A program made the position numbers and the translations under genes. From the human T2T-CHM13v2.0 reference genome, Homo sapiens, in assembly GCF_009914755.1 (NCBI RefSeq), contig NC_060925.1: 64,000 nucleotides of DNA. One strand, given 5' to 3'. Below, piece by piece: positions 1 through 20,720 of this stretch. Position 1 is the stretch's first letter. The number at the start of each line of letters is the position of its first letter. The notes under the pieces were generated by a model that was not told the origin of the DNA, did no database searches, and was given only the letters and a program-made list of their open reading frames with translations.

Positions 1-900
1 AAATGGAGCAGTGCTTTCAAAATTCTGAGGAAAAATTATTTCCAGCCCAAATTTCACATATTAATTAAGCATAAGGGCAAAATGAAGACGTCTTCAGACA
101 TGAACTGTCTAAAAATTACCTCCTATGTACAGTTTCTTAGGAAGCTACTGAAGGATGTATACCACCCAAACAAAGGAGATAATGAAAGGAGAGAAAGATA
201 TAAGAAACAGAAGCTCCAACTCAAGAGAAAAGCATAAAGCATCCCTAGGAGAATGGTGAAGAGATATCCTGGGAAGATAATTATGCAGCAGGCACAGAGA
301 GCAGCCAAGTCAAATGGAGTAAGTTGGAAATCTCAGGGAAAGATTTCTCCAAAAAGATGAAAATGATAGAATATGTGATGAGCTTGAAACTGTTGAGAGA
401 TTTAGGCAGTTGGGGAGAGATTGTGGTTGAATTAGTTATAACTACAGAGAAAACCAAGGGGAGGGGGGAAATAAGACAATTATTAACCTCAGAGAAATTA
501 AAAAGTTGTGCAAGAAAGAATAAATAATCACAATATACTACACAGTTCATCTGCAAATAGTGGTTATTATAATGAAAACTTGGAATTGTGCTCCAACCAG
601 AATAGAGTGGGCCAATGGAAAGTGTACATAGATATGGTAGTGGTGTGGTGGCGGGGGCAGTGGTGAAAGAAAATTCAATCTTCATCTTTCATGGTAGGAA
701 GTCAATAGATAATGTCTAACACTGAAATACCAAGAAATAACAATATAAGCATGTTATTTAGAAATAGGAAGATAAATACCAAAAAAGCAGTGTAAGTATT
801 TGAAAATTGTTGCCTCTGAGGAAAGAAGGATGCAGGGTAAAGCAATATTTTTGCAACAAGGCTTGCAGAATTACTCATCTCTTTAAACTATGAGCACAAT
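1..900 (+). mobile_element. Old L1-related fragment (HAL1-like / L1 ORF1 region)
   Basis: A-rich decayed sequence with TTTCTTAGGAAGCTACTGAAGGATGT and similar motifs, recalled from the HAL1 consensus. Confidence 0.5.
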
Positions 901-905
901 AACAG

Positions 906-1301
906 TGATATAGTTAGGATGTTTGTCCCCTCCAAATCTCATGTTGAAATGCAATCTCCAATGTTGGAAGTGGGACCTAGTGGGAAATGTTTGGGTCATG
1001 AGGGCAGATCCCTCTTGAATGTCTTGGTGCTGTCCTTGTGATAGTGAGTGAGTTCTAGCAAGATCTGGCTGTTTAAAAGAGTGTGGCACCTCCCTGCCCC
1101 TCTCTTTCCATGTGATACTTCGGCTCTCCCTTTGCCTACTGCCGTGATTGGAAGCTTCCTAAGGCCTCATCAGGAGCCAAGCAGATGCTGGCATCATGCT
1201 TCCTGTACAGTCTGCAGAACCACAAGCCAATAGAACCTCTTTTCTTTATAAATTACCCAGTCGCGGGTACTTCTTTATGGCAACACAAATGGACTAACAC
1301 A
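906..1301 (+). mobile_element. MaLR solo LTR (MSTA/MSTB-type)
   Basis: TGATATAGTT...GGACTAACACA termini; CTTTATAAATTACCCAGTC 3' motif. Confidence 0.85.
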
Positions 1302-1717
1302 AATGGTAATAGAAATAAAAACTAATTTGAAACCAGAATGAATAAATGAATGAAGAAAGCAAGTAGGAAAGCCATGTACCCTCCCTAAGAAAACTCTTTG
1401 ATGATGAATAAAGAGAAAATAGAACTCATCCAACACATCAAAGCCAAGTAGGAAGGGGACCAGAAGTGAAGCCAGGGAAGAAAGACCACCACTTGAACAT
1501 ATAATTAGATTTGTGAGGAAGAAGCATGGGTCAGTCACCAAGGACTGTCAATTTCATCTTCTGGATGTTTCTTGATTTCATTTACTTTCCTCCAACTTTA
1601 TTCCTGCTATCTCAATTATGGCAACCAGCATCACCCTCCTGTGATCCCTCTGATAAAATACTGTTATGGTTTTTCATTGCTCTTAGCATAAAACCAAGTA
1701 ATTTATCAGGGAAATGA

Positions 1718-2082
<365 letters not shown>

Positions 2083-3004
2083 TGAAAGAATAAAGCTAGA
2101 GTAGGGTGACTGTTGCAGTAACATAGGAGAGTGCCACATTCACCTCATATACTCAGCATCCAGTGAGTGGCTGACGTGGCAGATGTTCAATGACTATTTG
2201 TTGATCAGAGCCGCTTATGCCCTGAGTGCATGATACTATATCTATTGCTGGGAATAATTTAGTAAAAACGTGATTGCTATAGCCAATTAGAAGAAAATAA
2301 TGATAATAATTGCAAACGTTTACGTAACTTTTCATGACACTACACTAAGGGCTTTATGTACATTAACTCAATCTTAAAACTCTATGAGGTAAATACTATT
2401 ATTAACGTTGTTGAAATTGGGATTGTATTTAAAGCATTTCATCTGGAGAGGCTAGCAACAACAACAGATACTAACTGGTAATTTAGAAGCCGTGGAGGTG
2501 GAAGGAGCGAGTAACTGTTGACACCAAAACTAAGTCCCACCAAAGAACTGACTGTCCTCATTCTGAAGATGTTGCTGGACTCTTTAGTAGCTACACTGTC
2601 CCGGGGAGATTCTAAGAGAGTAATAACTGCTAAAACCATGGCCATATGTCATACCAGGGCCTTGCTTCATAGAAACCATGTCCCCACCTCCTTGAGAACG
2701 ATATTCTTACTGCACCCTTTATTCTTCCCCGTCTTGACAAACACTTTGCTCTGAGTTACAGAGGAGCTGCAGATAAGGGTTCCTCAAACTGAACCCCTCT
2801 CCGCTCTCCTAACCAAGGTCATAGGAAAAGTGGAGACAGACACACAAATGAAGAGAGGGAGATTAGAATAAATAGTGGACCGGACACAGTGGCTCACTCC
2901 TATAATCCCAGCACTTTGGGAGGCCAAGGCAAGCAGATCACTTGAGGTCAGGAGTTTGAGACCAGCCTGGCCAATATGGTGAAACTACTATATGGTCTCT
3001 ACTA

Positions 3005-3187
<183 letters not shown>

Positions 3188-4178
3188 TTAAAATAAACCA
3201 ATTAAATTCCATTTATCATTATGACCAATAGATACCATTACTTTATTCACTATGCACAGGCACTGAAACAGGCCCTAGTGAAACAGCAATGTTAAGGTAG
3301 CACTGTCCTCAATAAACCCAATCTGTTGGGAGTTTGCTGTCTTCATTTGATTTTTCTTCAGAATACAGCTCTTTTAGAAATGGGGAACAAAGAGACGGAT
3401 GCAGGATGGAGTGCTAAAATGCCTAGGGTGCTCTGCTGGTTCACACTAAACTCTGCTGAACTTTGCTTTGACAGCTTATCAGGTACACTATTACATGTAC
3501 TTGATAACTACAGGTACACTACCATGTGTGCCTGTAGTTTCTAGCATATCACCTTTTCTCCAAGAAGTTTAAGCCATACTCAAATGGCTAGTGATAAAAT
3601 TTAGCACAGCATAACCTCAAGCTGGGACCAGGGACAGCCAAAACTCAACCTGAGAAACTCTAATTCCAAGAACATTTGGGGGAATTCCTGACCATGTTAA
3701 GGGAAAAAGAAATGGTTTCTGAAAAGAAAGAGAAAAATAAAAGCCCAAAATCAATAGTAAATGGAGAAACATAACTTCAGTAACTGCCTAAGCAATCTTT
3801 CATTGGCTTATAATACCGTAGCTCTAGGGTTACTCAGAAATAGAATGATGGCGTGTTTCTATGGGTTCCTTGAGTTCATTCTTTCATGTAATTAGTTTGC
3901 TTATTTATTTGTTTGAGTGTGCATTTAGAACCTGTCTTAGTCTAAAAAAGATTTAAGGTAACATGCTACTATAATATCTTCGGAGAGAAATTGAACAATC
4001 TATGTGGTTTTCTTTGCCCTCATTAAAAGAGATTTCTACTGACTGGAGAAAAAGATTATCTAAGTAGGAAAGTAGTACAATACTCTGGTATGCCAAAATA
4101 ACATTAAGAAATTCTCTGCATCGAAACAATGCCATTTGGCTGGGCGCAGTGGCTCATGCCTGTAATCCCAGCACTTTA

Positions 4179-4611
<433 letters not shown>

Positions 4612-5413
4612 TTACTGCAAGAGTTTAGAATGTGGCCATAAAATAACCCACTAATGGCAAACTATAGATATGTCAAGAAGACATTATTTTTCACTAGAAA
4701 AAAAAGGGTGAGCCCTTTCTAGCCTGTTAAGTGTATTGATGGCTTTTTGGCAGAGCTTTATTATTGTGAATCTCTCACTTGAAAAGCGTATTTCCGACAT
4801 TTGTCACCTTGACTCCTTGGGGAGATTATTACACTGGTGGATTTTTAAGCTTGCTTTACAGGATATAAAAGTGTAGAGGATTAAACCATTTTTCCTTGGT
4901 CACTGCTAAGGGGACAGGCTAGGAACCATGAACTTAGATGGCGGCAGCCCTTTGCTGCCACCTCAAATTTCAAACTTCAATGACATTTCAGAAAGCCTAG
5001 GAAGCTTTTAAATGTAAATGGGAAGAGAAATCGATTTTGGCATTCCTAAGCCTATAGCAGGTCCTTCTAGATTCTAATAGAAATCTCAGTTTCAATTTTC
5101 AACATTTTGGTTTTGTTCAAAACTAATGCTGCACATATTTTCACTAACCATTAGTATAAGTAAGGTTTGGTGGAGAGTAAGCGGTCTCCACCAACTTGTA
5201 CAGGTGGAAATGGACCTGAAGATCGTTCATCCAGTCCATGAATATTTACAGAGCAACAGTTGTGTAGTGCCCTCCTAAATTCCAGCATAACCAAGTGCCA
5301 GCTGTTAAGCAGCCTTCAGGCCAGAGGGGAAATAAGATAATCACATACAAAAAACGAAATAAGAACATAGGTCTGTGCATTCTTAAATGATCAATGAATG
5401 GGGCAGGCATTAA

Positions 5414-5680
<267 letters not shown>

Positions 5681-5778
5681 TGAACTCCTGACCTCAGGTG
5701 ATCCACCCACCTCAGCCTCCCACTTTTCTTTTTTCTTTTTTCTTTTTTTTTGAGACAGGATCTCATTCTGACACCTAG

Positions 5779-5934
<156 letters not shown>

Positions 5935-6526
5935 TAGAGAAGGGATCTCCCTATGTTGCCAAGGCTGAGCCACTAACTTTCTGAGAAGGGAGGTATCATT
6001 AGAGGATAGAGAGGCATCATTACTCAATGGAACCCGGCTTCCTGTATTCAAATCTTGGCTCAGCCATTTGCCAGCCCTATGACCTGAAGCAAGTTACTTT
6101 ACCTACCTCTGCCTTGGTTTCTGATCTGTAAAGAGCCGAGGTAAGGGTGGGGATAATGTAGAAGCAAAAACTGACACTTTGCATTGTCTCCAATAAGATC
6201 AAACGTCTTACATTCCATAGTGAGGAAAAAAAAAACAGAATGCTTTGAATATGAGATAAACCAAAAATAAGTCACCCTGTCTCATTCTGATCCCCAAAAT
6301 AAAATCTTAAATATCTCCACAAACTCCTTAAAAAAAAAAGAATCTCTTGTTTTTGCTATGTTGGTATCTGAAGACGTGTCATGACTTTCGTGAACAGAAT
6401 GATCATGTGAGAAAGTTGTTCCTTTTCCACCATAAGCAGATATGCAAACTTTGTACCTTTGTTAATTTTGTAGGTTTTATTCCTTTAAATGACTGTATTT
6501 TGTATTTGGTAAGCCCGAACTTCTGA

Positions 6527-6920
<394 letters not shown>

Positions 6921-6964
6921 TGAGTCTTCCCTTAAGTTATAACAGTACCTACCTCCTAAGGCTA

Positions 6965-7366
<402 letters not shown>

Positions 7367-8190
7367 TTAGAAGGCTTCCCGGAGAAGAGTAGATTTTACT
7401 TGGTCCAGAAAAATGAGTAAGATTTAGATGGGATGAGGAAATGGCATGAGGACGAGGATGTGACAGCGTGACTAAGGAACACTGAGTAACCTCGTTGGAA
7501 CGGAACAAAGGACTCACTTTGAGTGTGATGAGAGAGATACCATTGATGGGAGTTTCCAGTTTTGAATTACACATTGAAGGGCCTGTTCTTGTTGGTGAAG
7601 ATAATAGGGAGTCAGTGACATATTTCTACTCAGTGACATGACTTGGCCACGACTCCGCTGTAAGCAGAATTTTCTTCCACAAATGCCTCTGGAAGCCAGA
7701 GCTTCCAGAAATCACAGAAATTTAACTTTATTTTGCATGCTGCCTGCTGCCTTTGCTGAAAATGAAGCACAGCACTGCTTGCTGCCTGCTCCCTCCAACC
7801 TCCATAATGTCAGTGGCTGCTGTTTCCTGCAATCTGCTTAGAGGCCACAATTGAAGTTATTTTGTAAACTAATTAGAGAAGCCACAATTAGCTTCTTGCG
7901 TATGTTCTAGCAGCATTTTTTCTGCCCATTGTATCTGAGGTCAAATCACTTCAGCTCATGATACAATTTCTGTTAGCACATTGAGTGCTGCGCAACCCTC
8001 ACTGAGAACTAGTTCCAGAACTCTACTGCCACTGATCACAACACTAACCAAGAAGAGAAATTCATTTATGGGCCAGTCTAGACAGCATTGCTAATTCTCT
8101 GTAAAGTATTGGTGTGAAGCTTGCTTTTGTTTTGCTTCTTCACTTTGTTTTCTAGCATCTGAAATTCTATACTTCCTTTTTGATTTTCTA

Positions 8191-8331
<141 letters not shown>

Positions 8332-8989
8332 TTAATAAAATACAAAAACAAGAAATTTAAAAATTCAATGCAACAGAAGACAAAGAGCCTTTCACAATTT
8401 TCTGCCAGTCAAAATACTTGCTGCCAAAATCTTTGACCCTACCTGAATCTTCCAATCCTTGGTGTTTTTCTGTCTCTGCAAGGGAGTCCAGAAGCTCTAT
8501 GGGTGTGTTTCAGGGAATGTAACTACTCACCTGTAGCAATTCCAATTTACTTGGTAGCTAGATTAAATCATTTAGTCAGCATGGTATTGGGAAAAGAGCA
8601 CTGGGTTCCTGTCCTGACCATGATACTCACACGTTACATGTTCTCAAACAATACACCTACATTCACTAAGCCTGATTTTTCTCATCTGTAAAACAAGAGG
8701 GTTGAACTAGACTAGACAACACCTAACATCCTTTCCACTATTAAAATTCTACAATCCATGATCTCATATGTATTAATTAATCAAGATTCCCTAAGTCAAG
8801 TCATCACACTCTGGGATACACTAATTATGATAGAAAACTTCTGACATAGCTCCCAATGTTCCATGACTCCTGATGTTCATTCCCTTATGTAATCCCCTGC
8901 CCTTCAGTGTGGGGTGGACCTGGCAACTTACTTCCAATCAGTAGAATACAGCAAACATAATGTGATGTCACTTTCATGATTAAGTACAA

Positions 8990-9758
8990 TACTGCAATGC
9001 CAACTAATGCTAATCTGACGCTAACCACCTGGGGTTAGAGCAGACTCCACAGATGTAAAAGCACAGTCCCCAGACTGCCAGCATGTCAGGCACCAGCTAC
9101 AAGTTTAGGGGTCCCCAGGCCACCGTCACTTTTGAACAATGAGCTACAAGTATGGGGAGATTTCACTCCCCCCACCACCAGGGTCAATAATTTACTAGAG
9201 CAACTCACAGAATTCAGGAAAGTGCTACACTTACAATTACAATTTTGTTAGAAAGGATACAAATCAGAACCAGCCAAATGAAGAGACACACAAAGCAAGG
9301 TCAGGAAGGGTCCCACACAGAGTTCCTGCGTCTGCTGTCTGTGGGATCAAGACACATCACCTTCCTGGTACATCAATGTGTTCACCAGCCAGAAAGCATA
9401 CCCAAACTTCAGTGTCCAGAGTTTTTTATTGGCGTTCCATTATGTAGGCATGATTAACTGAATCACTGGTCATGTGATGTGATTAAACTCCATCTCCACA
9501 CTTCTCTGCTCCCTGGGGTTTATGCTGAAAGTTTCAACCCTATAATCACATAATTGGCCGTGCTAGAATGGCCAATCCCTATGCTGAAACTATATGAGGA
9601 CCCATCATGAGTTATCTCATTAGCATGAATTGAGGTGTGGTTGAGGGGCCCACCATGAGTAACAAAGACATTCCGAGAACTCAGGAAATTCCAAGGATTT
9701 AGAGGTTTTCTCCCAGGAACCAGGAGCAAAGACGAGACTAACTTTTTATTAAACAACA
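8990..9758 (-). mobile_element. MER21-type LTR
   Basis: Recalled motifs ACTCACAGAATTCAGGAAA and ACTCAGGAAATTCCAAGG; terminus ...AAACAACA (TG on the minus strand). Confidence 0.7.
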
Positions 9759-9945
9759 TTAGGTCCCAAAATAATGTAACTTTTGTCTTGCTAGTAGAAC
9801 AACTCTTTAACTGGCTTTGATGAAGCAAATGGCAAGGTATTGAGGGAAGCCTCAGTCAGTGATGCTGGAGAAACTGAATCTCATCAACTGTGTGAGTGAG
9901 GTCGGGAGTCTATCGTTCCCCAGCTGAGCCTTCAGATGAGGCCCT

Positions 9946-11428
<1,483 letters not shown>

Positions 11429-13221
11429 CCCTTGATTTCAGTCTTGTGAGAACTCCTGAAGCAGAGGACCCGGCTAAACCCTTCCCAGTTTCCTGATTCA
11501 TGGTAACTGTGAAATAATAATTATGTGTTGTTTTAATCTGCCAAATTTTGAAATAATTTGTTATACGATACACATAACTACTACACTGGCTCTATTATGA
11601 CTAAAAGCCAGTGATGTCCTGAACACAGAGAATGGAGAAATTAAAGAAATAGATTTTCTATGCTAATGCTAAGTGAATGATAAAATGAGATGGATTTGTT
11701 TAAGCAGAAAACTACCAGGATTCTGAACTTCTTATCTTAGAAACAAAGTTGGAAAAGCTTGGCAATAAATCCTAATGTTAACAATGTTCATCTTAAACTG
11801 TATGCCAGGCATGGTTCTAAGTACTTTATAGTAATTATCTCATTTAATTCTCAAAATAATTCTATGAGGGAGTTATATTTATCGTTCCTATTGCAGATAG
11901 GAAAACTGAGGCATGGAGAGACTGAATGACTTACCTTAGATAAAATAGGAAGTAAGCTGTAAAGTGAAGATTTGAACCTCTAGTGGCCAGAATTCAGAAC
12001 TATTGCACTAAAACACTACATTACACTGCCTCCAATAAAAAAAACTGCAGGCTGGGCACTGTGGCTCACACCTGTAATCCCAGCACTTTGGGAGGCCAAA
12101 GTAGGTGGATTGCCTGAGCTCAGGAGTTCAAGATCAACTCTACAGGAGATGAAACCCCAGCTCTACAAAAAATACAAAAATTAGTCAGGTGTGGTGGCGT
12201 GCACCTGTAGTCTCAGCTACTCAGGACACTGAGGCAGGAGGATCGCTTGAGCCTGGGAGGTCAAGGCTGCAGTAAACAGAGATTGCGACACTGCACTCCA
12301 GCCTCAGAGTGAGATCCCATCTCTACAAAAGAAAAACCAAAAAACAAAAAACCTCACACTGCAAAGCCTCACATTAATTTCCCAAAGTTCCACTTTCAAA
12401 GAGTTGCTTCCCCTAAGGTTTAACTACTATTCATATGTCATTGTTACAAAAGAGGATATAAATTATCTCAATAATTCTACAGTACATCATAATTAAAATA
12501 AAATCAATTGAGTAAATTGGAACAAGGAGAATATAAAAATTAAAAAAATAGAATGAAGCTCAGAGCAAAATGAAAGCTATGAGGGTTTATTCACCGGAGA
12601 GATAGAAATTACAAAGTTAACTCTGAATGTTCAAGATTCCAGGCAAAGAAAAAATATATATGATCAATTACATGGTCCACAGTGCTCTCAAAAGATTAAA
12701 GAAAGTAGTTGCACAGGAAAAAAAATATATTATCCCTAGTTGAAACCAGAAGAAAATTTTTCCTGTAGGCTCCCACAAAGGAGACACTGTGTAATACAGT
12801 CATCAACCACCTCAAAAATATCTATAGGATGCTGAAACAATGCTATCCAGCTTCCTGCTGATGGTCCAACACATGCACAGATTTTAGAATCATTAGAAAT
12901 ATTGATGAAATGCCTAACTTATCTTTTTTTCTTTTTAAATTTTATTTCTCAATTTTTTTATTCCTCCTACTCTCTGATACCTGCTCTTTTGTGGTTTGAA
13001 CATTAGTGGAAAATCTGTAAAATTTGGGGCTGAAAATGAAGACCAGGTATAAAATCACCATAGCCACTAAAATGGCTACAACGAAGCAGAAAAGGAGGGG
13101 GAATAAAAGGAGGGTGTGGTTCCCTCAATAAAGAAACTGCTTCCTTCATGCTGACAAACTAACCCTCATCTCTCTATATATATATATATGTTCTGCATTC
13201 TGTTATTCCCCCAGTCAAATT

Positions 13222-14256
<1,035 letters not shown>

Positions 14257-15188
14257 CACCTCAAAAAAAAAGAAAACAGACAGGGTCTCACTCTATTGCA
14301 CAGACTGGAGTGCAATGGTGTCATCATAGCTCACTACAGCCTTGAACTCCCAGCCTCAAGTGATCCTCCCGCATTATCCTCTCAAGTAGATGAGACTACA
14401 GGTGTGTGCCACCACAGCTGGCTAATGTTTTTATTCTTTGTAGAGGTATGGTTCTCACTGTGTTGCCCAGTCTGCCTCAACTCCTTGGCTTCAAGTGATC
14501 CTCCCTCCCTGACCTCCCAAAGTGCTGGATTACAGGCATAATTGCATCTGGCCCTAGTCAAATTGTAAATATGCTATTCAGACACACTAGATTCAAACAC
14601 TTACAGCTTCTTATTTTGAAGTTGCAATATGATACTTATTCTTTGCTGTGAAATCTAAATCCTCTGAAACCACCCTCCACAGCCCAGCAGGAAAATGTCC
14701 TGCCACACGTAGCTATTTGAAGTCTCTGGCTCGCCTATTTGAATGCTCATTATTTCCTAGATTCAAATGGCCTTATAAATGCACCTATTGTATGATTATG
14801 GAAGAACTATTAAAAATAATTCAGGAAGCCAAAGGTTATAAAACAGAGACATGAGTAATTGCTTTGGTCTGTGATCTTTAAATGGCATGCATAAAAGACC
14901 AAGCATTTAAAGTGGGGCAGGATAAGGCAAAACACAGCACAACTTCCCAGAATGTCCTTTAGCAGATCAATGCTTATGGCTGTCTAATTTCATGTGATTA
15001 TTAGAATAGACAAGTGAAGGCCGGGCGCGGTGGTTCATGCCTGTAATTCCAGCACTTTGGGAGGCCGAGGAGGGCAGATTCCTTGAGCTCAGAAGACCAG
15101 CCTGGCAACATGGTGAAACCCTATCTCTACTAAAAACACAAAAAATTAGCCAGGTATAGTGGCATGTGCCTGTAGTCCCAGCTACTCA

Positions 15189-15293
<105 letters not shown>

Positions 15294-15342
15294 TCAAAAA
15301 AAAAAAAGACAAGTGAGTCTCAAAGGAAAGAACTAACCATGA

Positions 15343-15612
<270 letters not shown>

Positions 15613-15859
15613 TGAGATTACAGGTGTGCACCACCACACCCGGCTAATTTTTGTATTTTCAGTAGAGACAGGGTTTTGCCAGGTTGGTCAGGCTGGTCTC
15701 AAATTCCTGAGTTCAAGTAATCTGCCCATCTTGGCCTCCCAAAATGCTGGGAAAGGTGTGAGCCACCATACCTAGCCCTGTAAAAATTTCTACAAGTAAC
15801 ATTTGCAAAAAACAATCTTGGCTGCTGAGAATACAAAGAAACAATGATTCTCAGAGTCA

Positions 15860-16288
<429 letters not shown>

Positions 16289-16377
16289 TTAGAAAATTGG
16301 CCGGGCATGGTGGCTCACACCTGTAATCCCAGCACTTTGGGAGGCCAAGGCAGGAAGATCACGAGGTCAGGAGTTCA

Positions 16378-16628
<251 letters not shown>

Positions 16629-16659
16629 CTAACTCATCTTCCTTTCCCCCAAGCCTATA

Positions 16660-16915
16660 ATTCCATTTAACAAAACTCTAGCACAAATAAATCTAATCTA
16701 TGGTGATGGAGTGAATATCAGTGGTTGCTTGGGGCAGGGGCTGTGGGAAATGGAAACTGATTGGAAAGGGGCAAAAGGAAACCTTTCGGGGTAATGAAAA
16801 TGTCCTATATCTTGAGTATGGCGGTGGTTGTATGAGGATATATATTTATTATTCATCAAACTGTACCAATAAGTGTGTACACTTTATTATATGCAAATTG
16901 TACCATTATTAAGGT
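16660..16915 (+). mobile_element. Old L1 (L1M) 3' end fragment
   Basis: TAATCTATGGTGATGGAG...GGGTAATGAAAATGTCCTATATCTTG...TGCAAATTGTACC motifs. Confidence 0.65.
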
Positions 16916-17074
16916 TTTTTTAAGACTATGTTGCCCAAGGTGAACTTGAACACCTGGGCTCAATCAATCCTCCAGCCTCACCCTCCTGAGTAGCTGGGAC
17001 TACAGGCACACGACACCACGCCCATCTGTTAAGTTGATTTTAAAAGGAACCACAACATGTTCAAAAGAGAACCC

Positions 17075-17930
17075 TTGCCCTAAACCTGCTCCTCAAGTCT
17101 TCCCCATCTCAGGAAATGTCAACTCCATTCTTTCATTTATTTAGATCTTGGAGTCATCTTTGACTGCTCTGTCTATTTAATCTACATTTTCTTTATTTTC
17201 ATTTACATTTGAAGGACACCCAGACTCTGATCTCTTCTTAGTACTTTTCCCTCTTCCATCCTGGTGCAAGCCACTGTCCTCTCACTGATGCAGGAAACTC
17301 TGAACTGGTCTCCCGCTTTCATAGCCTCCTGGCTTCTCCACTATTCTCCCTGCCATGACCAGAGTGGTCCATTTGTAATATTTTTGCTCACATGACTCCT
17401 GTGCTCAACACCCCCCATAGTTTCCTTTCTAATTCAGTACAAATTCCAGAGTGCTTACATGGCCTGCAAAAGAACCTACGTGATCTGTCCCCAACCCTCT
17501 CCCTCACATTCACATATTCTCTCCCACCCTCAACGCACACACCTCTACGCTTCTCATTACAATTCTCTATGCTCACTAGGCTCACTGCCCTCTATGCTGT
17601 TTTTCAAACACACCAAGCACACTTCCGCCTCAGGACCTTTGACTTGTGCCTTTGCCTTCAATAACATTGACATCCTCCCAGATATCCCGAGGCCTCATCA
17701 GAGAAGCCATCACTGACTGGCCCATATAATAGCATTCCTTCTCTCTCTCTATCCCTCAGTCCTGCTTTATCTTTCTTCATTTAACTTGTCTTACAGATTG
17801 TATGTGTTTTTTCTCTCCCCTAACTAGAATGTATTTTGTATGTTTTGTTTGCTGCTGTATCCCAAGAGCCTAGAGCAATACCTGGCATATTAAAGATGAT
17901 CAACACATTTTTGCTAAATGAATTAATGAG
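17075..17930 (+). mobile_element. L2 3' portion
   Basis: Pyrimidine-rich L2 motifs ending GCCTAGAGCAATACCTGGCATA...TGAATTAATGA. Confidence 0.7.
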
Positions 17931-18646
17931 TCCATTTTTCTTTCCTTTCAAGTCCTGACCATGAATATTTTAAAATTGGCCTGACTAAAATGTAACTCTT
18001 GGCTGGGCGTGCTGGCTCACACCTGTAATCCCAGCACTTTGGGAGATCAAGGAGGGCAGATCACCTGAGGTCAGGAGTTAGAGACCAGCCTGACCAATAT
18101 GGTGAAACCCTGTCTCTACTAAAAATACAAAAATTCCCCAGGCGTGGTGGTGGACACCTGTAGTCCCAGCTACTCAGGAGGCTGAGGCAAGAGAAAGAGA
18201 ATCACTTGAACCCGGGTGGCGGAGGTTGCAGTGAGCTGAGATACTGCCACTGCACCCACCCTGGGTAACAGAGTGAGACTCTGTCTCAAAAAAATAAAAA
18301 ATAAAAATAAAATGTAACTTTTGATTATTCTCATTGTGCTGAAACCTGTGCCTCCTTTAGTCTCTTTTTCCCATTTAAAGGACTCATCCTTCACCTTCGT
18401 GCTCAAAAGACTGGAAATCATCCTTGATTCCTCTCCTTACCTCATCTACCACATTCAATCCATCAAAGATGCTTTTATTAATAGATCTATCTCCAAAATA
18501 TATCCTAATCCAACTATTTCCTTATATCTCTACTGCCACCATCCTAGTGCAAGCCAACATTGTCTCTGCCCTGGATTATTAAAATAGATTCCTGACTATT
18601 CTACCGATATCCTCTTCCAATTCAATATCCACACAGAAGCTGGTGA

Positions 18647-18946
<300 letters not shown>

Positions 18947-19037
18947 TAAAGTGCTGGAATTACAGGTGTGAGCCTCCATGCCCAGCCGCTGGTGACATTT
19001 TCAAGTCAGAATATATTATTTCCTGATGAAAAGACCA

Positions 19038-19385
19038 CAAACTTCAGTGTCCAGAGTTTTTACTGGCATTTCATTATGTAGGCATGATTGATGTAGGTCA
19101 TGTGCTGTGATTAAACTCAACCTCCAAACTCCTTGCTCCCTGAAAGTTGAGCTGAAAGTTCCAACCCTCTAATCACGTAGTCGGTCATTCCAGCATGGCC
19201 AATCCCTATACTAAAACTATACAGGGGTCCATCATGAGTCATCTCATTAGCGTAAATTCAGGTGTGGTTGAGGGGCCCACCAAGAGGAACAAAGACACTG
19301 GTATAACTCAGGAAATTCCAAGGATTTAAAGGTTATCTCTCAGGAACCAGGACCAAAGACCAGAAAAATTCTGTATTATACAACA
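19038..19385 (-). mobile_element. Partial MER21-type LTR (second copy)
   Basis: Aligns by eye with 9403-9758. Confidence 0.7.
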
Positions 19386-19864
19386 GACCAACTGTTCTGG
19401 TCTGAATGTTCAGCTGCCTTGAGCCCTTAGAATAAAATGTAATCATCTTCCTATGACCTAGAAGACCCTATGTAATCTATCTCTTGCCTATTACCTCCCT
19501 CTCATTATCCTCCAACCCCCTGGCTTTCTTTCAGAAGCACCAAATTCATTCTGACCTGGTATTCTCTTGCTTGAATCCCGTGATGGTTAATTTGATGTGT
19601 CAACCTGACAGGGCTATGGGGTGAAATGGCCTTTTGAAGACTCAGTGACTCAAATGTCCATGGTCTGCACTCCTACAACTAAAGGAAAATGCACTTATAA
19701 ATATAAAGAGATGGAGGAGATGTATTAGAGAAGGTTTGCAAGTATTCCTATTGCAAGTAAACATGAAACTACTTTACCAATTTCTACCAATGTTGAAATA
19801 TCTTATGTTCCAGTATTAGCCACTCTGACCTTAAAATATTCAAACTCTTTAATTCATTAATGTC

Positions 19865-20272
19865 TGATATAGTTTGGACATTTGTCCCCTCCAAAATTCA
19901 TGTTGAAATGTAATCCCCAATGTTGGAGGTAGGGCATGGTAGGAGGTGTTTGTGTCATGTGGGCAGATCCCTCATGAATGTCTTGGTCCTGTCCTCGTGA
20001 CAGTGAGTGAGTTCTCACAAGATCTGGCTGTTTAAAAGTATGTGACACATCCTGCCCCCCTTGCTGCCTCTCACTCTTGCCATGTGACGAGGCTGCTCCC
20101 ACTTCACCTTCCACTGTGATTGTAAGCTTCCTAAGGCTTCACTAGAAACAGATGCTAGAGCCATGCTTGTACAGCCTGCAGAACTGTAAGCCAGTTAAAT
20201 CTCTCCTCTTTTCTTTATAAATTACCCAACCTCAGTTGTTTCTTTATAGCAATGCAAGAACAGCCTAACACA
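19865..20272 (+). mobile_element. MaLR solo LTR (MSTA/MSTB-type)
   Basis: TGATATAGTTTGG...GCCTAACACA termini. Confidence 0.85.
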
Positions 20273-20375
20273 ATATCACTCCTGAGAAATTATTCTAAAA
20301 TAGTTTTAATTTTTAATTTTAATCTGTAATGTAAGTAAAAAATTAGAAACAACCAAAGTGTCCAATATTTGGTAA

Positions 20376-20709
<334 letters not shown>

Positions 20710-20720
20710 TAATTACCAAT

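Noticed and set aside
4935-4963. YY1/CTCF-like TAGATGGCGGCAG with a short hairpin (GGCAG...CTGCC)
   Set aside because: Isolated short motif without CpG-island or other support; expected by chance in 64 kb.
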